From Candidatus Limnocylindrales bacterium (lineage in GTDB: Bacteria > Chloroflexota > Limnocylindria > Limnocylindrales > CSP1-4): a DNA stretch of 64,000 nt. The DNA lies in contig JBBQMH010000002.1 in NCBI GenBank assembly GCA_038328755.1, positions 12,175-76,174 on the forward strand, written 5' to 3'. The notes under the pieces are model-generated. The model was not told where the DNA came from. It was given only the letters and a program-made list of their open reading frames with translations, and did no database searches. The translations under genes and the position numbers were made by a program. Of the stretch, positions 55,000-64,000 are shown in pieces; the first letter of the stretch is position 1; every line of letters starts with the position of its first letter.

Positions 55000-55253
55000 C
55001 GATGCATGGGTCCTTCCAACCGCTCGATGAGGCCCCAGATGTCATCGACATCGACGGTTGCGCCGAGATCGAACGGCGTCACCTCGAATGGAGCGGGAGC
55101 TCGCGCTGCCTCGGCCTCAAGCCCCGCTCGGAGGGCCTCGTTGACGATGGCTCGGAAGGGACGCCCGGTCGAGCGGGTGACTCGCTGCAGGCGGGCCGCC
55201 ACGTCATCATCGAGGGTCAGGGTCGTTCGCATCGGCACATCTTGAAGTCTCAT
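54996..55253 (-). CDS. vapB: type II antitoxin (VapB-type, ribbon-helix-helix-like)
   Basis: MRTTLTLDDDVAARLQRV ... is typical of short antitoxins upstream of vapC. Start is ATG 55253 or ATG 55232. Confidence 0.7.
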   Translation of the reverse strand: MRLQDVPMRTTLTLDDDVAARLQRVTRSTGRPFRAIVNEALRAGLEAEAARAPAPFEVTPFDLGATVDVDDIWGLIERLEGPMHR

Positions 55254-55293
55254 CTGAAGGCATCATGATGTCAAGCCCGCTCTGACGAGGAGG

Positions 55294-56016
55294 TCAGGCC
55301 GCGCCGAACTGCCACAGGTCACTGTCATCCCAGTCGTCATTCCCTCCCCAGGACAGCACGCCGTCCTGTAGGGCGAACGGATCGAGCATGAGCGGGTAGG
55401 TTGATCCCGACTCGAAGTCGACGACGATCTCCCCGGCAAGGCGCGGCGGGATCCCGGGAGCGAAGCTCAGGAGGGTGCCCCGGCATGGGGCGGCGAAGGC
55501 CTGGTCATCGTCGCCGAAGAGCCGCCGCAACTCGTCCGGGACCAGGAGGATCGACGATGCCCAGCCGGATCGGTCCTTGATAAGTCGGAGCTGATGGCCG
55601 CTCATCGTCGCGGTCATGACGACCCGTGGCTCGAGCGCCGCCGCCCAGCGGCGGAGGTTAGCGGTGGCGACGTCGCGGATCTGCTCGGCGGTGCACTCCC
55701 AGCGAGTCGCCACCTCTTCGTCGATGAGCGGGAAGGCCGCGCCGAGGTCGATCGCGAAGACGACCGCGATGCCCGGGTCCATCGCGACCCGGACCAGGCT
55801 CTCCCCCTCGGGGTCGATCATGGGACCCGCCAGCAGCGGCACCAGCCGCGGCCGCGCCCATTCCCACGTGACCGGCTTCGGCATTCGCCGTATGGCGCCG
55901 GCCGCGGCTCGCTGCTCGCGGAGGATCTCAAGCACCCGACCCACACTGATCCGCATGGACAGCCGCACCTCTGACCCACCGAGCCGCATTCGCATCCGTG
56001 CCAGCATGTCCGGCAA
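55294..56016 (-). CDS. hypothetical protein
   Basis: 240-aa ORF with protein-like composition and an acidic, Trp-rich tail. No family recognised with confidence. Confidence 0.45.
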   Translation of the reverse strand: MPDMLARMRMRLGGSEVRLSMRISVGRVLEILREQRAAAGAIRRMPKPVTWEWARPRLVPLLAGPMIDPEGESLVRVAMDPGIAVVFAIDLGAAFPLIDEEVATRWECTAEQIRDVATANLRRWAAALEPRVVMTATMSGHQLRLIKDRSGWASSILLVPDELRRLFGDDDQAFAAPCRGTLLSFAPGIPPRLAGEIVVDFESGSTYPLMLDPFALQDGVLSWGGNDDWDDSDLWQFGAA

Positions 56017-56094
56017 CGCTCACCTGGTGGTTATCGGTGGCGGATGTCACCGCCGTAGCTCACGGCGGCAGCATCCGAGCGCCGGGGTGGTACC

Positions 56095-57813
56095 GTGCGC
56101 CCCGTGCTGCACCTTCCGGACGAGACGCCGCGAGCGGGCGCGTCCGCCGAACCCGACCCGCCCGAGGGACCCGTCGAACCCGCAACTCCATCGCCCACGA
56201 GGGGGCGTCAGCTCCGATGGGTCGCGCTGGACGGCATCGTGCCCGGCCTCGGGCATCTGCTCGCTGGCCGCCGACGCCTGGCGGCGCTGTTCGGGATTCC
56301 GATTGTGCTCGCGGTCATCGCGGTTGCCGTCATCGTGGCCGCTATCCCGCTCGGCGTGCTCGCGGCTGACGCACTCAATGCCTTTGCCATCCTCCTCGCC
56401 ATCCAGGGCCTGGTGCTCGTCTGGCGACTCCTGGCCGTTCTCGCCGGTCTTCGTGCAACCTCGAGACCGGACTGGACCCGAATCCAGAATCTCGGGGCAG
56501 TCGCGCTGGTCCTCGCCGTCGTCCTGCCGCAGGCCTATCTCGGGTACGTGACGAACGTGGCGCGCGAGGAGATCGATCGCGTCTTCTCCGGCCAGTCCGG
56601 CGGCGCCTGGGTTCCAGAACCGACGCCTGACCCGAGCGCAACACCGATGCCATCCGGGGTTGCACCCAGCCCTTCGGCCGCACCGGCGATCACCCGCCTC
56701 AACGTGCTCCTGATCGGGGTCGACAGCGGCGTCGGCCGCTCCACGTCACTGACCGACACGATGATCGTGGCCTCACTCGATCCGGTGACCGAGACGGTCT
56801 CGATGGTCTCGATCCCTCGAGACATGGTGGACGTGCCGCTGCCCGACGGGACTGCGTACGCCCCGAAGATCAACGGCATCGATGCTGACGCACGCCACAA
56901 CCCGTCGCGATTCCCGGGCTCGGACGGCTCCGGCCACGATGTCCTGATTGCGGCTGTGGGGACGCTCCTGGGCCTCAAGATCGACTACTACGCGCTCGTG
57001 AACCTCGGTGGGTTCGTCCGGGTCGTGGATATCCTCGGCGGAGTCGACGTGTCGGTCTCACGGGCACTCTGCGACCCGCGCTATTTCGAGTACGGGTTCT
57101 CCAGCGGGTTTTCGATCACGGCCGGGCTGCACCATCTGAACGGGCAGCAGGCCCTGGCCTACGCCCGGATCCGCAAGTCGAGCGGCGAGTCGGACTTCAC
57201 TCGCGCCGCACGGCAGCAGGAAGTGGTCTCCGGCCTTCGAGACGCGATCGTGAAGCGTGGATTCCTGAGCGACCCGGTCGCGCTCCTCCAGGCGCTGGGC
57301 CGGTCGCTGGAGACCAACGTTCCGCGTGATCTCCTGCCGCAGCTTGCTGCAGTCATGAACCGGATTGACCGGACGAAGACGTATCGAGCCGTCATTCAGC
57401 ATCCGCTCGTCAAGGAAGGCTTCGACGTACGGGGGTCGATCCAGATTCCGGACGTTGCTGGGATCCGAGCCCTGGTCATGAAGCTCTTTCCTGCGAGCGG
57501 CACGTTGGCGGACGCTTCGTTCCTTGCCCCGGCTCCGGCGGCCTCGGGCAGCGGTTCATCAACCACCTCCGGGGTGAGAGGCTGCGCGCCTATTCCGACC
57601 GCGCGCCCTACGGCGGCACCAACGCTCGCGCCCCAGCCAAGCGCGACCGCCGAGCCGGCGCCGAGTGGAAGCCCCGAAGCGACGAGTTCGGCGTCACCTG
57701 CGCCAACCGGCTCGGCGGTGCCATCTCCCGCGGCCTCGCCCGCTGCGTCGGCGTCGGTCTCGCCGCCCCCGGCCGCGTCGCCGTCTCCGCTACCTTCGCC
57801 TGCACCGGGCTGA
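56095..57813 (+). CDS. LCP (LytR-CpsA-Psr) family cell-wall glycopolymer ligase
   Basis: N-terminal TM helices. LCP core (NVLLIGVDSG, RSTSLTDTMIVASLDP, VSIPRDM, ALAYARIRKSSGESDFTRAARQQEV). Pro/Ala/Ser-rich tail. Start uncertain. Confidence 0.85.
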   Translation: MRPVLHLPDETPRAGASAEPDPPEGPVEPATPSPTRGRQLRWVALDGIVPGLGHLLAGRRRLAALFGIPIVLAVIAVAVIVAAIPLGVLAADALNAFAILLAIQGLVLVWRLLAVLAGLRATSRPDWTRIQNLGAVALVLAVVLPQAYLGYVTNVAREEIDRVFSGQSGGAWVPEPTPDPSATPMPSGVAPSPSAAPAITRLNVLLIGVDSGVGRSTSLTDTMIVASLDPVTETVSMVSIPRDMVDVPLPDGTAYAPKINGIDADARHNPSRFPGSDGSGHDVLIAAVGTLLGLKIDYYALVNLGGFVRVVDILGGVDVSVSRALCDPRYFEYGFSSGFSITAGLHHLNGQQALAYARIRKSSGESDFTRAARQQEVVSGLRDAIVKRGFLSDPVALLQALGRSLETNVPRDLLPQLAAVMNRIDRTKTYRAVIQHPLVKEGFDVRGSIQIPDVAGIRALVMKLFPASGTLADASFLAPAPAASGSGSSTTSGVRGCAPIPTARPTAAPTLAPQPSATAEPAPSGSPEATSSASPAPTGSAVPSPAASPAASASVSPPPAASPSPLPSPAPG

Positions 57814-57862
57814 CCGGAGCCCGGCGGGCACACGCGCCCGGCTGGAGTGCATCATTACGACC

Positions 57863-58645
57863 ATGACTGAGACCGCCCGAACCACGATCCGGAAACGTAT
57901 CCTCGCAGGCGAGACCCTGTTCGGCGCATGGACGGACACGGCCTCACCCCTGGCCACGGAAATCACGGGCAGGGCAGGGTACGACTGGCTGCTCGCCGAC
58001 CTCGAGCACGGCACGGCAACCGAGGCAGAGCTCCTGCCCGTGCTCCTGGCCGCGGAACTGAGTGGCGCGGCCGCGTTCGTTCGGCCGCAGTCGGGGGAGC
58101 GACTACGGATCGGACGAGCGCTCGACATGGGAGCGGCCGGGATCATGGTGCCCCGCCTCGATACCGCGGCCCAGGCCGAGGAGGCGGTCTCGTTCCTGCG
58201 GTATCCGCCCGATGGCGTGCGCGGCGTGGCACTCCGCACCCGCGGGGCGCGGCTCGGAACCGTCAAGCATGCGGATATCGCGACACTCAATCGAGACATC
58301 GTCGGCATCATCCAGATCGAGACGCCGAGCGCGGTCAGCGAGGCCGATGCCATTGCCTCGATCGACGGGGTCGATGTCCTGTTCGTGGGGCCCGCGGACC
58401 TCTCCCACTCCCTCGGCGTCCCGGGGCGTTTCGACGATCCGACGTACCTCGCGGCCCTGGATACCGTGGTCGCTGCCTGCCGGGCGCATGGCAAGTCGCC
58501 CGGGATCCTGCTCTACGACCACGCCGCGTTCGGGCCGCACCTGGAGCGCGGGTTCCGGTTCGTTGGCCTCGGCTCCGAGGGTTCCTTCATCGCCGAGGGG
58601 GCCAGGGCGGCGCTGGCAGACGCGCGAGCGGCAGTCCGACCGTAG
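57863..58645 (+). CDS. HpcH/HpaI family 2-keto-3-deoxy-acid aldolase
   Basis: Internal ATG 57863. DWLLADLEHG, VRPQSGE, GIMVPRLDT, YPPDGVRG, IQIETP, and DVLFVGPADLS. Confidence 0.85.
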   Translation: MTETARTTIRKRILAGETLFGAWTDTASPLATEITGRAGYDWLLADLEHGTATEAELLPVLLAAELSGAAAFVRPQSGERLRIGRALDMGAAGIMVPRLDTAAQAEEAVSFLRYPPDGVRGVALRTRGARLGTVKHADIATLNRDIVGIIQIETPSAVSEADAIASIDGVDVLFVGPADLSHSLGVPGRFDDPTYLAALDTVVAACRAHGKSPGILLYDHAAFGPHLERGFRFVGLGSEGSFIAEGARAALADARAAVRP

Positions 58646-58661
58646 GGCGCGATGAGCGGGC

Positions 58662-59633
58662 CTATTCGTCCGCGATCCGCAGCTTGCTGGCCCTGAGTGA
58701 CGTCCGACCGGTCTGGGCGATGACCACGCCCCCAAGGATCATGGCGCCGCCAACCAGCTGGATCGGCGAGAGGTGTTCCCCGAACAGAACGGCCGCGAGG
58801 ACGATGGTCCAGATCGGCTCAACCGTGCTGACGAGCGACGCGCGAGCGGCACCGATCCGGTGGGCGCCAGCGTAGAAGGCCTGGATAGCGATGAACGTGG
58901 CCACGATCCCGACGCCCGCAATGCCACCCCAGGCATCGGCCGGGATCTGTCCTGGCAGCACTGGCCGCCCAACCGCGAGGGCGGAGATCCAGAACGCGGT
59001 CGCCGTGGTGGTCATCATCACGGCCCCGGCGGCCAGGGGATGGGCGCCGCCGGCTCCTCCGGCCGATGCCCGTCCCACGCCCGTTCGTCGTTCACCCGCG
59101 AGCCGGGCCGACAGGACGATCCAGACGGAGTAGATGAGCGGCGAGGCGACCATCAGCACCAGGCCCGAGACAGGCGGCGCCGTGGCCGCATCGATCGTGC
59201 CGACGGCCAGTGCCACTCCGGCCAGTGCGAGCCCCAGCGATGCCCACGCGCGGCGACCCTCGAGGCGCCGGCCAAACCGCAGCGCGAGCACGGCAACGAC
59301 CGCCGGGTAGATGTAGACGATCAATGCGGCAAGTGAAGCGGGCACCGTTTCGAGGCCCGCGAAGTAGGTCGACGAGTTGCCCGTGTACAGGACGCCGAGG
59401 GCGATGGCCACATAGACAGAGCGGCGGCTCAGGGTCCTGACGGCGGCTCGGCCTCCGGGTGTGGCGATCACCCAGGCCCAGGACAGTGCCGCGCCGAGCG
59501 TGAACCGCCAGGTCATGAGCGTGTGCCAGTCCACCCCAGCGGCATAGACGGGCTTGGCGAACAGCGCGCCCGACCCGAATCCAAACGCCGAGACGACAGT
59601 CAGCAGGATCCCAAGCACGAACGGAGACGGCAT
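58662..59633 (-). CDS. DMT superfamily (EamA-like) transporter
   Basis: 323 aa, ten TM helices, with a two-fold EamA repeat pattern. Confidence 0.85.
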   Translation of the reverse strand: MPSPFVLGILLTVVSAFGFGSGALFAKPVYAAGVDWHTLMTWRFTLGAALSWAWVIATPGGRAAVRTLSRRSVYVAIALGVLYTGNSSTYFAGLETVPASLAALIVYIYPAVVAVLALRFGRRLEGRRAWASLGLALAGVALAVGTIDAATAPPVSGLVLMVASPLIYSVWIVLSARLAGERRTGVGRASAGGAGGAHPLAAGAVMMTTTATAFWISALAVGRPVLPGQIPADAWGGIAGVGIVATFIAIQAFYAGAHRIGAARASLVSTVEPIWTIVLAAVLFGEHLSPIQLVGGAMILGGVVIAQTGRTSLRASKLRIADE

Positions 59634-59716
59634 CCCGCGAGGCTACCGTGTTTGCCCCGGGCGGGATGGCGCCCACGGAATCGCACTTCTCACAGAACGC
59701 CCTACACTGTTACCTC

Positions 59717-60217
59717 GTGACCAATCTCACTGAACGAGCTGTCTCGGCTCGCCTTCCCAGCGTCGCCGACGCGAAACTTCGCGTCCTTGCGCGCAGGGAT
59801 CCCGTGACGGTCCGCCCCGGCACCAGCCTCGATGCCTGCATCGACGTCATTCAGGACACAGGCAGCGGCGATTCAGTCTTTGTCACGGATGAGGACGGGC
59901 GTCTGCGTGGGGTCCTGACGGAGCGCGACATCTTCGCCCGCCTCGTCGGACAGGACGTTGACCTCAATCGCCCGGTCGAGTCGTTGATGAAGGAGCATCC
60001 ATGGACGCTCCACCTGGACCAGCCGATCCGACATGCCATCGACCTGATGCAGACGGGCCGATATCGCAATGTCCCGCTCGTGGACGACGACGATGTCCTC
60101 GTCGGCGTGGTCCGTCCGGTTGACATCCTCAAGTACCTGGCGGAGGCGTTCCCCGAGGAGCTGCTGAATCTGCCGCCACGCCCCCACCAGGTGATGCCGG
60201 AGACGGAGGGCGCGTGA
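59717..60217 (+). CDS. CBS-pair domain protein
   Basis: Two CBS motifs (VTVRPGTSLDACIDVIQD...VFVTDEDGRLRGVLTERDI; IDLMQTGRYRNVPLVDDDDVLVGVVRPVDIL). Start uncertain (GTG 59717 or ATG 59648). 20 nt upstream of korA. Confidence 0.7.
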   Translation: MTNLTERAVSARLPSVADAKLRVLARRDPVTVRPGTSLDACIDVIQDTGSGDSVFVTDEDGRLRGVLTERDIFARLVGQDVDLNRPVESLMKEHPWTLHLDQPIRHAIDLMQTGRYRNVPLVDDDDVLVGVVRPVDILKYLAEAFPEELLNLPPRPHQVMPETEGA

Positions 60218-60236
60218 CCAACCTCAGAGGCGCCGC

Positions 60237-62105
60237 GTGACCGAGGTCGCCAGGGCGCCCGTCGAGCATCGCGAGGTCGAGCGCGTCACGATCCGGTTCG
60301 CCGGTGACTCGGGCGACGGGATGCAGCTCACCGGGACGCAGTTCACCCGGACCGCTGCAGTGTTCGGCAACGACATCAGTACCTACCCGGACTATCCCGC
60401 CGAGATCCGCGCCCCAACAGGATCCCTGCCCGGTGTCTCCGGGTTCCAGCTGAGCTTCTCATCGACTGCCATCCACACGCCGGGCGATGAGCCCGATGTG
60501 CTCGTCGCGATGAACCCCGCCGCGCTGAAGGCGAACATCGGGGATCTGCCGCACGGCGGGGCGCTCGTGGTCAACCTCGACGCGTTCACGAGCGTGAACC
60601 TCACCAAGGTTGGCTACACCGAGAACCCGCTGAATGACGGCTCGCTGGCCGCCTACAACCTCTTCTCGATCCCGATCTCGACGCTCAACGGCCGGGCGCT
60701 CGACGGCCTCGGGCTGACCAGCAAGCAGGTCGATCAGTCGAAGAACTTCTTTGCCCTGGGCGTGATGTTCTGGCTGTACGAGCGGAGCCTCGAGCCCACG
60801 ATCGAGTGGATCGAGCAGAAGTTCGCGCGCCGACCGGTGATCGCCGAAGGCAACAAGCGGGCGCTCAACGCCGGGTACAACTTCGGTGAGACGACCGAGA
60901 TCTTCCATGAGCGGTACGTCGTTCCGCCAGCCCGACTCCGACCCGGGCGGTATCGCAGCATCACTGGCAACGAGGCAGCCTCGCTCGGCTTCGTGGCTGC
61001 ATCAAAGCTCGCGGGTCGCGGGCTCTTCTACGGCTCCTACCCGATCACGCCGGCCTCCGACATCCTGCATTCGCTCGCCAGCTACAAGCGCTTCGGCGTC
61101 AAGACGTTCCAGGCCGAGGACGAGATTGCGGCGATCGGCGCCTCGATCGGTGCTTCATATGGCGGCGCGATGGGCATGACCGGCACCTCGGGCCCGGGCA
61201 TTGCCCTGAAGAGCGAGGCGATGGGCCTCGCCGTCATGGTGGAACTGCCGCTCGTCATCGTTGACGTCCAGCGAGCCGGTCCGTCGACCGGCATGCCGAC
61301 CAAGACCGAGCAGGGTGACCTGCTCCAGCTGATGTTCGGGCGGAACTCGGATTCACCGATGCCGATCGTGGCGCCGGCGACCCCGAGCGAATCGTTCGAC
61401 ATGGCGATCGAGGCCTGGAGGATCGCGCTCAAATACATGACGCCGGTGGCGTTCGTGACCGATGCCTTCCTCGCCAACGGTGCCGAGCCGTGGAGGATCC
61501 CCGACGTCTCGACGCTCCCTGACATCGCTGTTCCGAACCGGACCGAGAAGGCCGGCTTCTACCCGTACATGCGGGACCCGGAGACACTCGCCCGTCCGTG
61601 GGCGGTTCCCGGCACGCCCGGACTCGAGCATCGGATCGGCGGGCTTGAGAAGGGTGATGTCCTCGGCAACGTCAGCTACGACCCGGACAACCACCAGCGC
61701 ATGCAGGAGCTCCGGCGCGACAAGGTCGCGGGTATCGCGAAAGACATCCCTCCGCTGGATGTGTACGGCGCCGATGAGGGTGATCTGCTCGTGCTTGGCT
61801 GGGGCTCGACCTATGGCGCGATCCGCAGCGCCGTCGAGCGCCTGCAGGGTCGCGGCCTCGCCGTCAGCCATGCACACCTGCGCCACCTGAACCCGTTCCC
61901 CGCCAACACCGGCGACGTCGTGCGGTCGTTCAGGCAGGTCCTCATCCCCGAGATCAACCTGGGGCAGTTGCTGATGCTCATCCGGGCTCGCTATCTCGTG
62001 GACGCAGTCGGCTATAACCGCGTTCGCGGCAAGCCGTTCCGGATCGGCGAGATCGAAACCGAAGTTGAGCGCCTCCTTGCGGCGATGAGGGAGCCCATCG
62101 CATGA
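60237..62105 (+). CDS. korA: 2-oxoacid:ferredoxin oxidoreductase, alpha subunit (fused gamma-alpha)
   Basis: 622 aa. RFAGDSGDGMQLTG, PITPASDI, TGTSGPGIALKSE and DVQRAGPSTGMPTKTEQGDL resemble the mycobacterial KorA type. Confidence 0.92.
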   Translation: MTEVARAPVEHREVERVTIRFAGDSGDGMQLTGTQFTRTAAVFGNDISTYPDYPAEIRAPTGSLPGVSGFQLSFSSTAIHTPGDEPDVLVAMNPAALKANIGDLPHGGALVVNLDAFTSVNLTKVGYTENPLNDGSLAAYNLFSIPISTLNGRALDGLGLTSKQVDQSKNFFALGVMFWLYERSLEPTIEWIEQKFARRPVIAEGNKRALNAGYNFGETTEIFHERYVVPPARLRPGRYRSITGNEAASLGFVAASKLAGRGLFYGSYPITPASDILHSLASYKRFGVKTFQAEDEIAAIGASIGASYGGAMGMTGTSGPGIALKSEAMGLAVMVELPLVIVDVQRAGPSTGMPTKTEQGDLLQLMFGRNSDSPMPIVAPATPSESFDMAIEAWRIALKYMTPVAFVTDAFLANGAEPWRIPDVSTLPDIAVPNRTEKAGFYPYMRDPETLARPWAVPGTPGLEHRIGGLEKGDVLGNVSYDPDNHQRMQELRRDKVAGIAKDIPPLDVYGADEGDLLVLGWGSTYGAIRSAVERLQGRGLAVSHAHLRHLNPFPANTGDVVRSFRQVLIPEINLGQLLMLIRARYLVDAVGYNRVRGKPFRIGEIETEVERLLAAMREPIA

Positions 62106-63151
62106 CCAAAGCCACCAGGAACGAATCGGTCCTCGAGCTGCCCGTCCTGACACGCAAGGATTTCGTCTCGGACCAGGAGGTCCGCTGGTGCCCCGGTTGC
62201 GGGGACTATTCGATCCTCGCCCAGACCCAGAAGGTGATGCCCGACTTCGGGTATGCCAAGGAAAACATCGTCTTCATTTCGGGTATCGGCTGCTCCGGTC
62301 GGCTGCCGTACTACATGAACACCTACGGGTTTCATTCGATCCACGGGCGCGCGCCGGCCATCGCGACGGGCCTGCGGGCCGCCCGGCCGGACCTGATGGT
62401 CTGGGTGATCACCGGCGACGGTGATGCCCTGTCGATCGGCGGCAACCACCTGATCCATGCGATGCGCCGCAACGTCGACATCAACCTGATCATGTTCAAC
62501 AACCGGATCTACGGGCTGACCAAGGGTCAGGCCAGCCCAACCTCCGAGCTCGGAAAGGTCACCAAGTCCACGCCGAATGGCAGCGTGGACCACCCGATCA
62601 GCCCGCTCGGCATCGCCCTGGCGGCGGAAGCCAGCTTCATCGCCCGATCCGTTGACACGCACACGGAGCACCTCCAGACCACACTCGAGCGGGCCGGCCA
62701 CCACCACGGCTCCGTCTTCGTGGAGGTCCTCCAGAACTGCAACATCTTCAACGACGGCGCTCATCGCGAGTTCACGGACCGCGAGGTTCGCGATGACCGG
62801 ATGCTGGTGCTTCAGCACGGCAAGCCGATGATCTTCGGGAAGGAGCAGAACCGCGGGCTCCGCCTGAACGGCCACCGTCCGCAGGTCGTCACCATCGGCG
62901 AGGACGGCGTCACACTGGATGACATCCTCGTCCACGACGAAGACGATCCGCTGTTGGCTGCAATGCTCTCCTCGATCTACTGGCCGGAGTTCCCGGTACC
63001 GGTCGGTGTGATCCGGGCCGTCCAGCGCCCGACACACGCCGAGTTGCTCAACGAGCAGGTCGCTGATGTGATCGCCCGGAAGGGGCCCGGCGACCTCGCA
63101 GAACTCCTGGAGGGCGGAGAGACCTGGCTCGTGAGTGGAGATGAATCATGA
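62102..63151 (+). CDS. korB: 2-oxoacid:ferredoxin oxidoreductase, beta subunit (TPP-binding)
   Basis: RWCPGCGDYSIL, GIGCSGR, GDGDALSIGGNH, NNRIYGLTKGQ. ATGA overlap with korA. Confidence 0.92.
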   Translation: MTKATRNESVLELPVLTRKDFVSDQEVRWCPGCGDYSILAQTQKVMPDFGYAKENIVFISGIGCSGRLPYYMNTYGFHSIHGRAPAIATGLRAARPDLMVWVITGDGDALSIGGNHLIHAMRRNVDINLIMFNNRIYGLTKGQASPTSELGKVTKSTPNGSVDHPISPLGIALAAEASFIARSVDTHTEHLQTTLERAGHHHGSVFVEVLQNCNIFNDGAHREFTDREVRDDRMLVLQHGKPMIFGKEQNRGLRLNGHRPQVVTIGEDGVTLDDILVHDEDDPLLAAMLSSIYWPEFPVPVGVIRAVQRPTHAELLNEQVADVIARKGPGDLAELLEGGETWLVSGDES

Positions 63152-63648
63152 TCTGCCCCGTCTGCCACGCACAGAACTACCAGGGCGACGACTTGTGCGA
63201 CAACTGCGGGGCCGACCTGCGGGCTTCAGACACCCCGGAGCCGGCGACCGGCTTCCGTGGCCCGCTCCTTGGCTTCCATCTCGACGAGCTCGGGGCGCCG
63301 CTGCCACAGCTGATTGACGGTGACGTCGACATCACCACGGCGATCGAACGAATGCACCGCGAGGGCATTGACTGCTTCCTGGTGACCGTGAACGGCGAGC
63401 TCGCCGGGATCTTCACCGACCGTGATGCGCTCCTGAAGCTGGCGGGACGAGATCCCGTGCACCGACCGATCTCTGAGTTCATGACGGCGGATCCCGTGGT
63501 CCTCCGCCACGATGATCCGATCGCCGTGGCGATCCACAAGATGGCGGTCGGTGGCTTCCGGCACGTCCCCATCGTCGAGGACGGCCGTCCGATCGCGGTT
63601 GTCTCGGCGAGCGACATCTTCCGACACATCGCCGCGCGCCTCTCCTGA
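63148..63648 (+). CDS. zinc-ribbon plus CBS-pair domain protein
   Basis: N-terminal CPVC...CDNC ribbon followed by two CBS motifs (CFLVTVNGELAGIFTDRDAL; FRHVPIVEDGRPIAVVSASDIF). ATGA overlap with korB. Confidence 0.75.
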   Translation: MICPVCHAQNYQGDDLCDNCGADLRASDTPEPATGFRGPLLGFHLDELGAPLPQLIDGDVDITTAIERMHREGIDCFLVTVNGELAGIFTDRDALLKLAGRDPVHRPISEFMTADPVVLRHDDPIAVAIHKMAVGGFRHVPIVEDGRPIAVVSASDIFRHIAARLS

Positions 63649-63661
63649 GGCGGGAGCCTTC

Positions 63662-64000
63662 ATGGGCCACGATCCGGTCCCGTCGGCGATCCCGGACGGC
63701 CGGTATGGCGAACGCCTGGTCCGCGCCCAGGAGCTGATCAGGGACGGCGGAGCCCGGGCGATGCTCATCGGGCACGGCGCCGACCTGCGGTATCTGACGG
63801 GCTACCAGACCTGGCCCACCGAGCGCCTCACCATGCTCGTCGTCCCGGCGAAGGGCGATCCCTTCCTCGTCGCTCCAGCTCTCGAGGCAATGGCGGCTGC
63901 CGACAGCCCGGCGGGACGCACCGCGGGACTTCCGGTCGTCGCCTGGGGCGAGACCGACGACCCGTATGCGACGGTGGCATTGCGGCTCGCGGAGGCCCGC
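63662..64000 (+). CDS. M24 family Xaa-Pro peptidase, N-terminal (creatinase-like) part; 3' end outside window
   Basis: Open frame from ATG 63662 to the window end. YGERLVRAQELIRDGGARAMLIGHGADLRYLTGY is typical of the creatinase/prolidase N-domain. Confidence 0.65.
   Translation, partial: MGHDPVPSAIPDGRYGERLVRAQELIRDGGARAMLIGHGADLRYLTGYQTWPTERLTMLVVPAKGDPFLVAPALEAMAAADSPAGRTAGLPVVAWGETDDPYATVALRLAEAR

Noticed and set aside
63148-63220. CPVCH string as a possible heme-c attachment site
   Set aside because: There is no signal peptide. The motif is paired with a second CxxC (CDNC) 11 residues later, so it is a cytoplasmic zinc ribbon fused to CBS domains.
1-64000. rRNA, tRNA, tmRNA and CRISPR arrays
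   Set aside because: I scanned all intergenic gaps over about 70 nt by eye for cloverleaf-like or regularly spaced repeat structure and found none. The only exact tandem repeat is the 30-bp duplication at 22789-22848. A covariance-model scan could still find small RNAs I cannot see.

Overview
This is a very GC-rich bacterial chromosomal segment. Its gene content resembles a high-GC monoderm, Actinomycetota-like lineage: LCP ligase, actinobacterial-type CtaF, KorAB, tandem KAS-II and DinB. About 70 protein-coding genes can be supported. I recognised no rRNA, tRNA or CRISPR array. In order, the window holds: a DUF885 3' end; a decayed MFS-cNMP gene; ilvD; a secreted beta-gamma-crystallin protein; a NarL-type two-component pair; a visibly lower-GC accessory stretch (about 6.8-12.7 kb) with secreted proteins, lipoproteins, gene fragments, a truncated ABC ATPase and an IS-type HTH remnant; an M20 peptidase; a divergent CHRD/cupredoxin pair; a MarR-fabD-KAS-KAS cluster without ACP; a long minus-strand oxidase operon (about 28.15-21.08 kb) with divergent ctaG; threonine dehydratase and DksA/TraR; a polyamine-type ABC importer; a cupredoxin lipoprotein, ferredoxin and proC-proline dehydrogenase; DinB and hppD; a second two-component pair with an ABC-2 exporter; an SDR/SRPBCC/FAD-oxidase/DUF1365/CFA-synthase lipid-modification cluster; FAH and hmgA; vapBC; LCP; an HpcH aldolase; EamA; CBS-flanked korAB; and the start of an M24 peptidase. 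The most unusual signal is the oxidase operon. It encodes an A2-type heme-copper oxidase in which subunit II and a split, duplicated subunit-IV-like protein each carry a C-terminal blue-copper (cupredoxin) domain. These genes are translationally chained to a TlpA-like thioredoxin, which has no canonical start codon, and to an ABC-2 exporter. Cupredoxin domains sit where caa3 oxidases carry cytochrome c, and I saw no CxxCH heme-c motif in the operon. All functional calls come from reading the translations by eye; no database search was possible.
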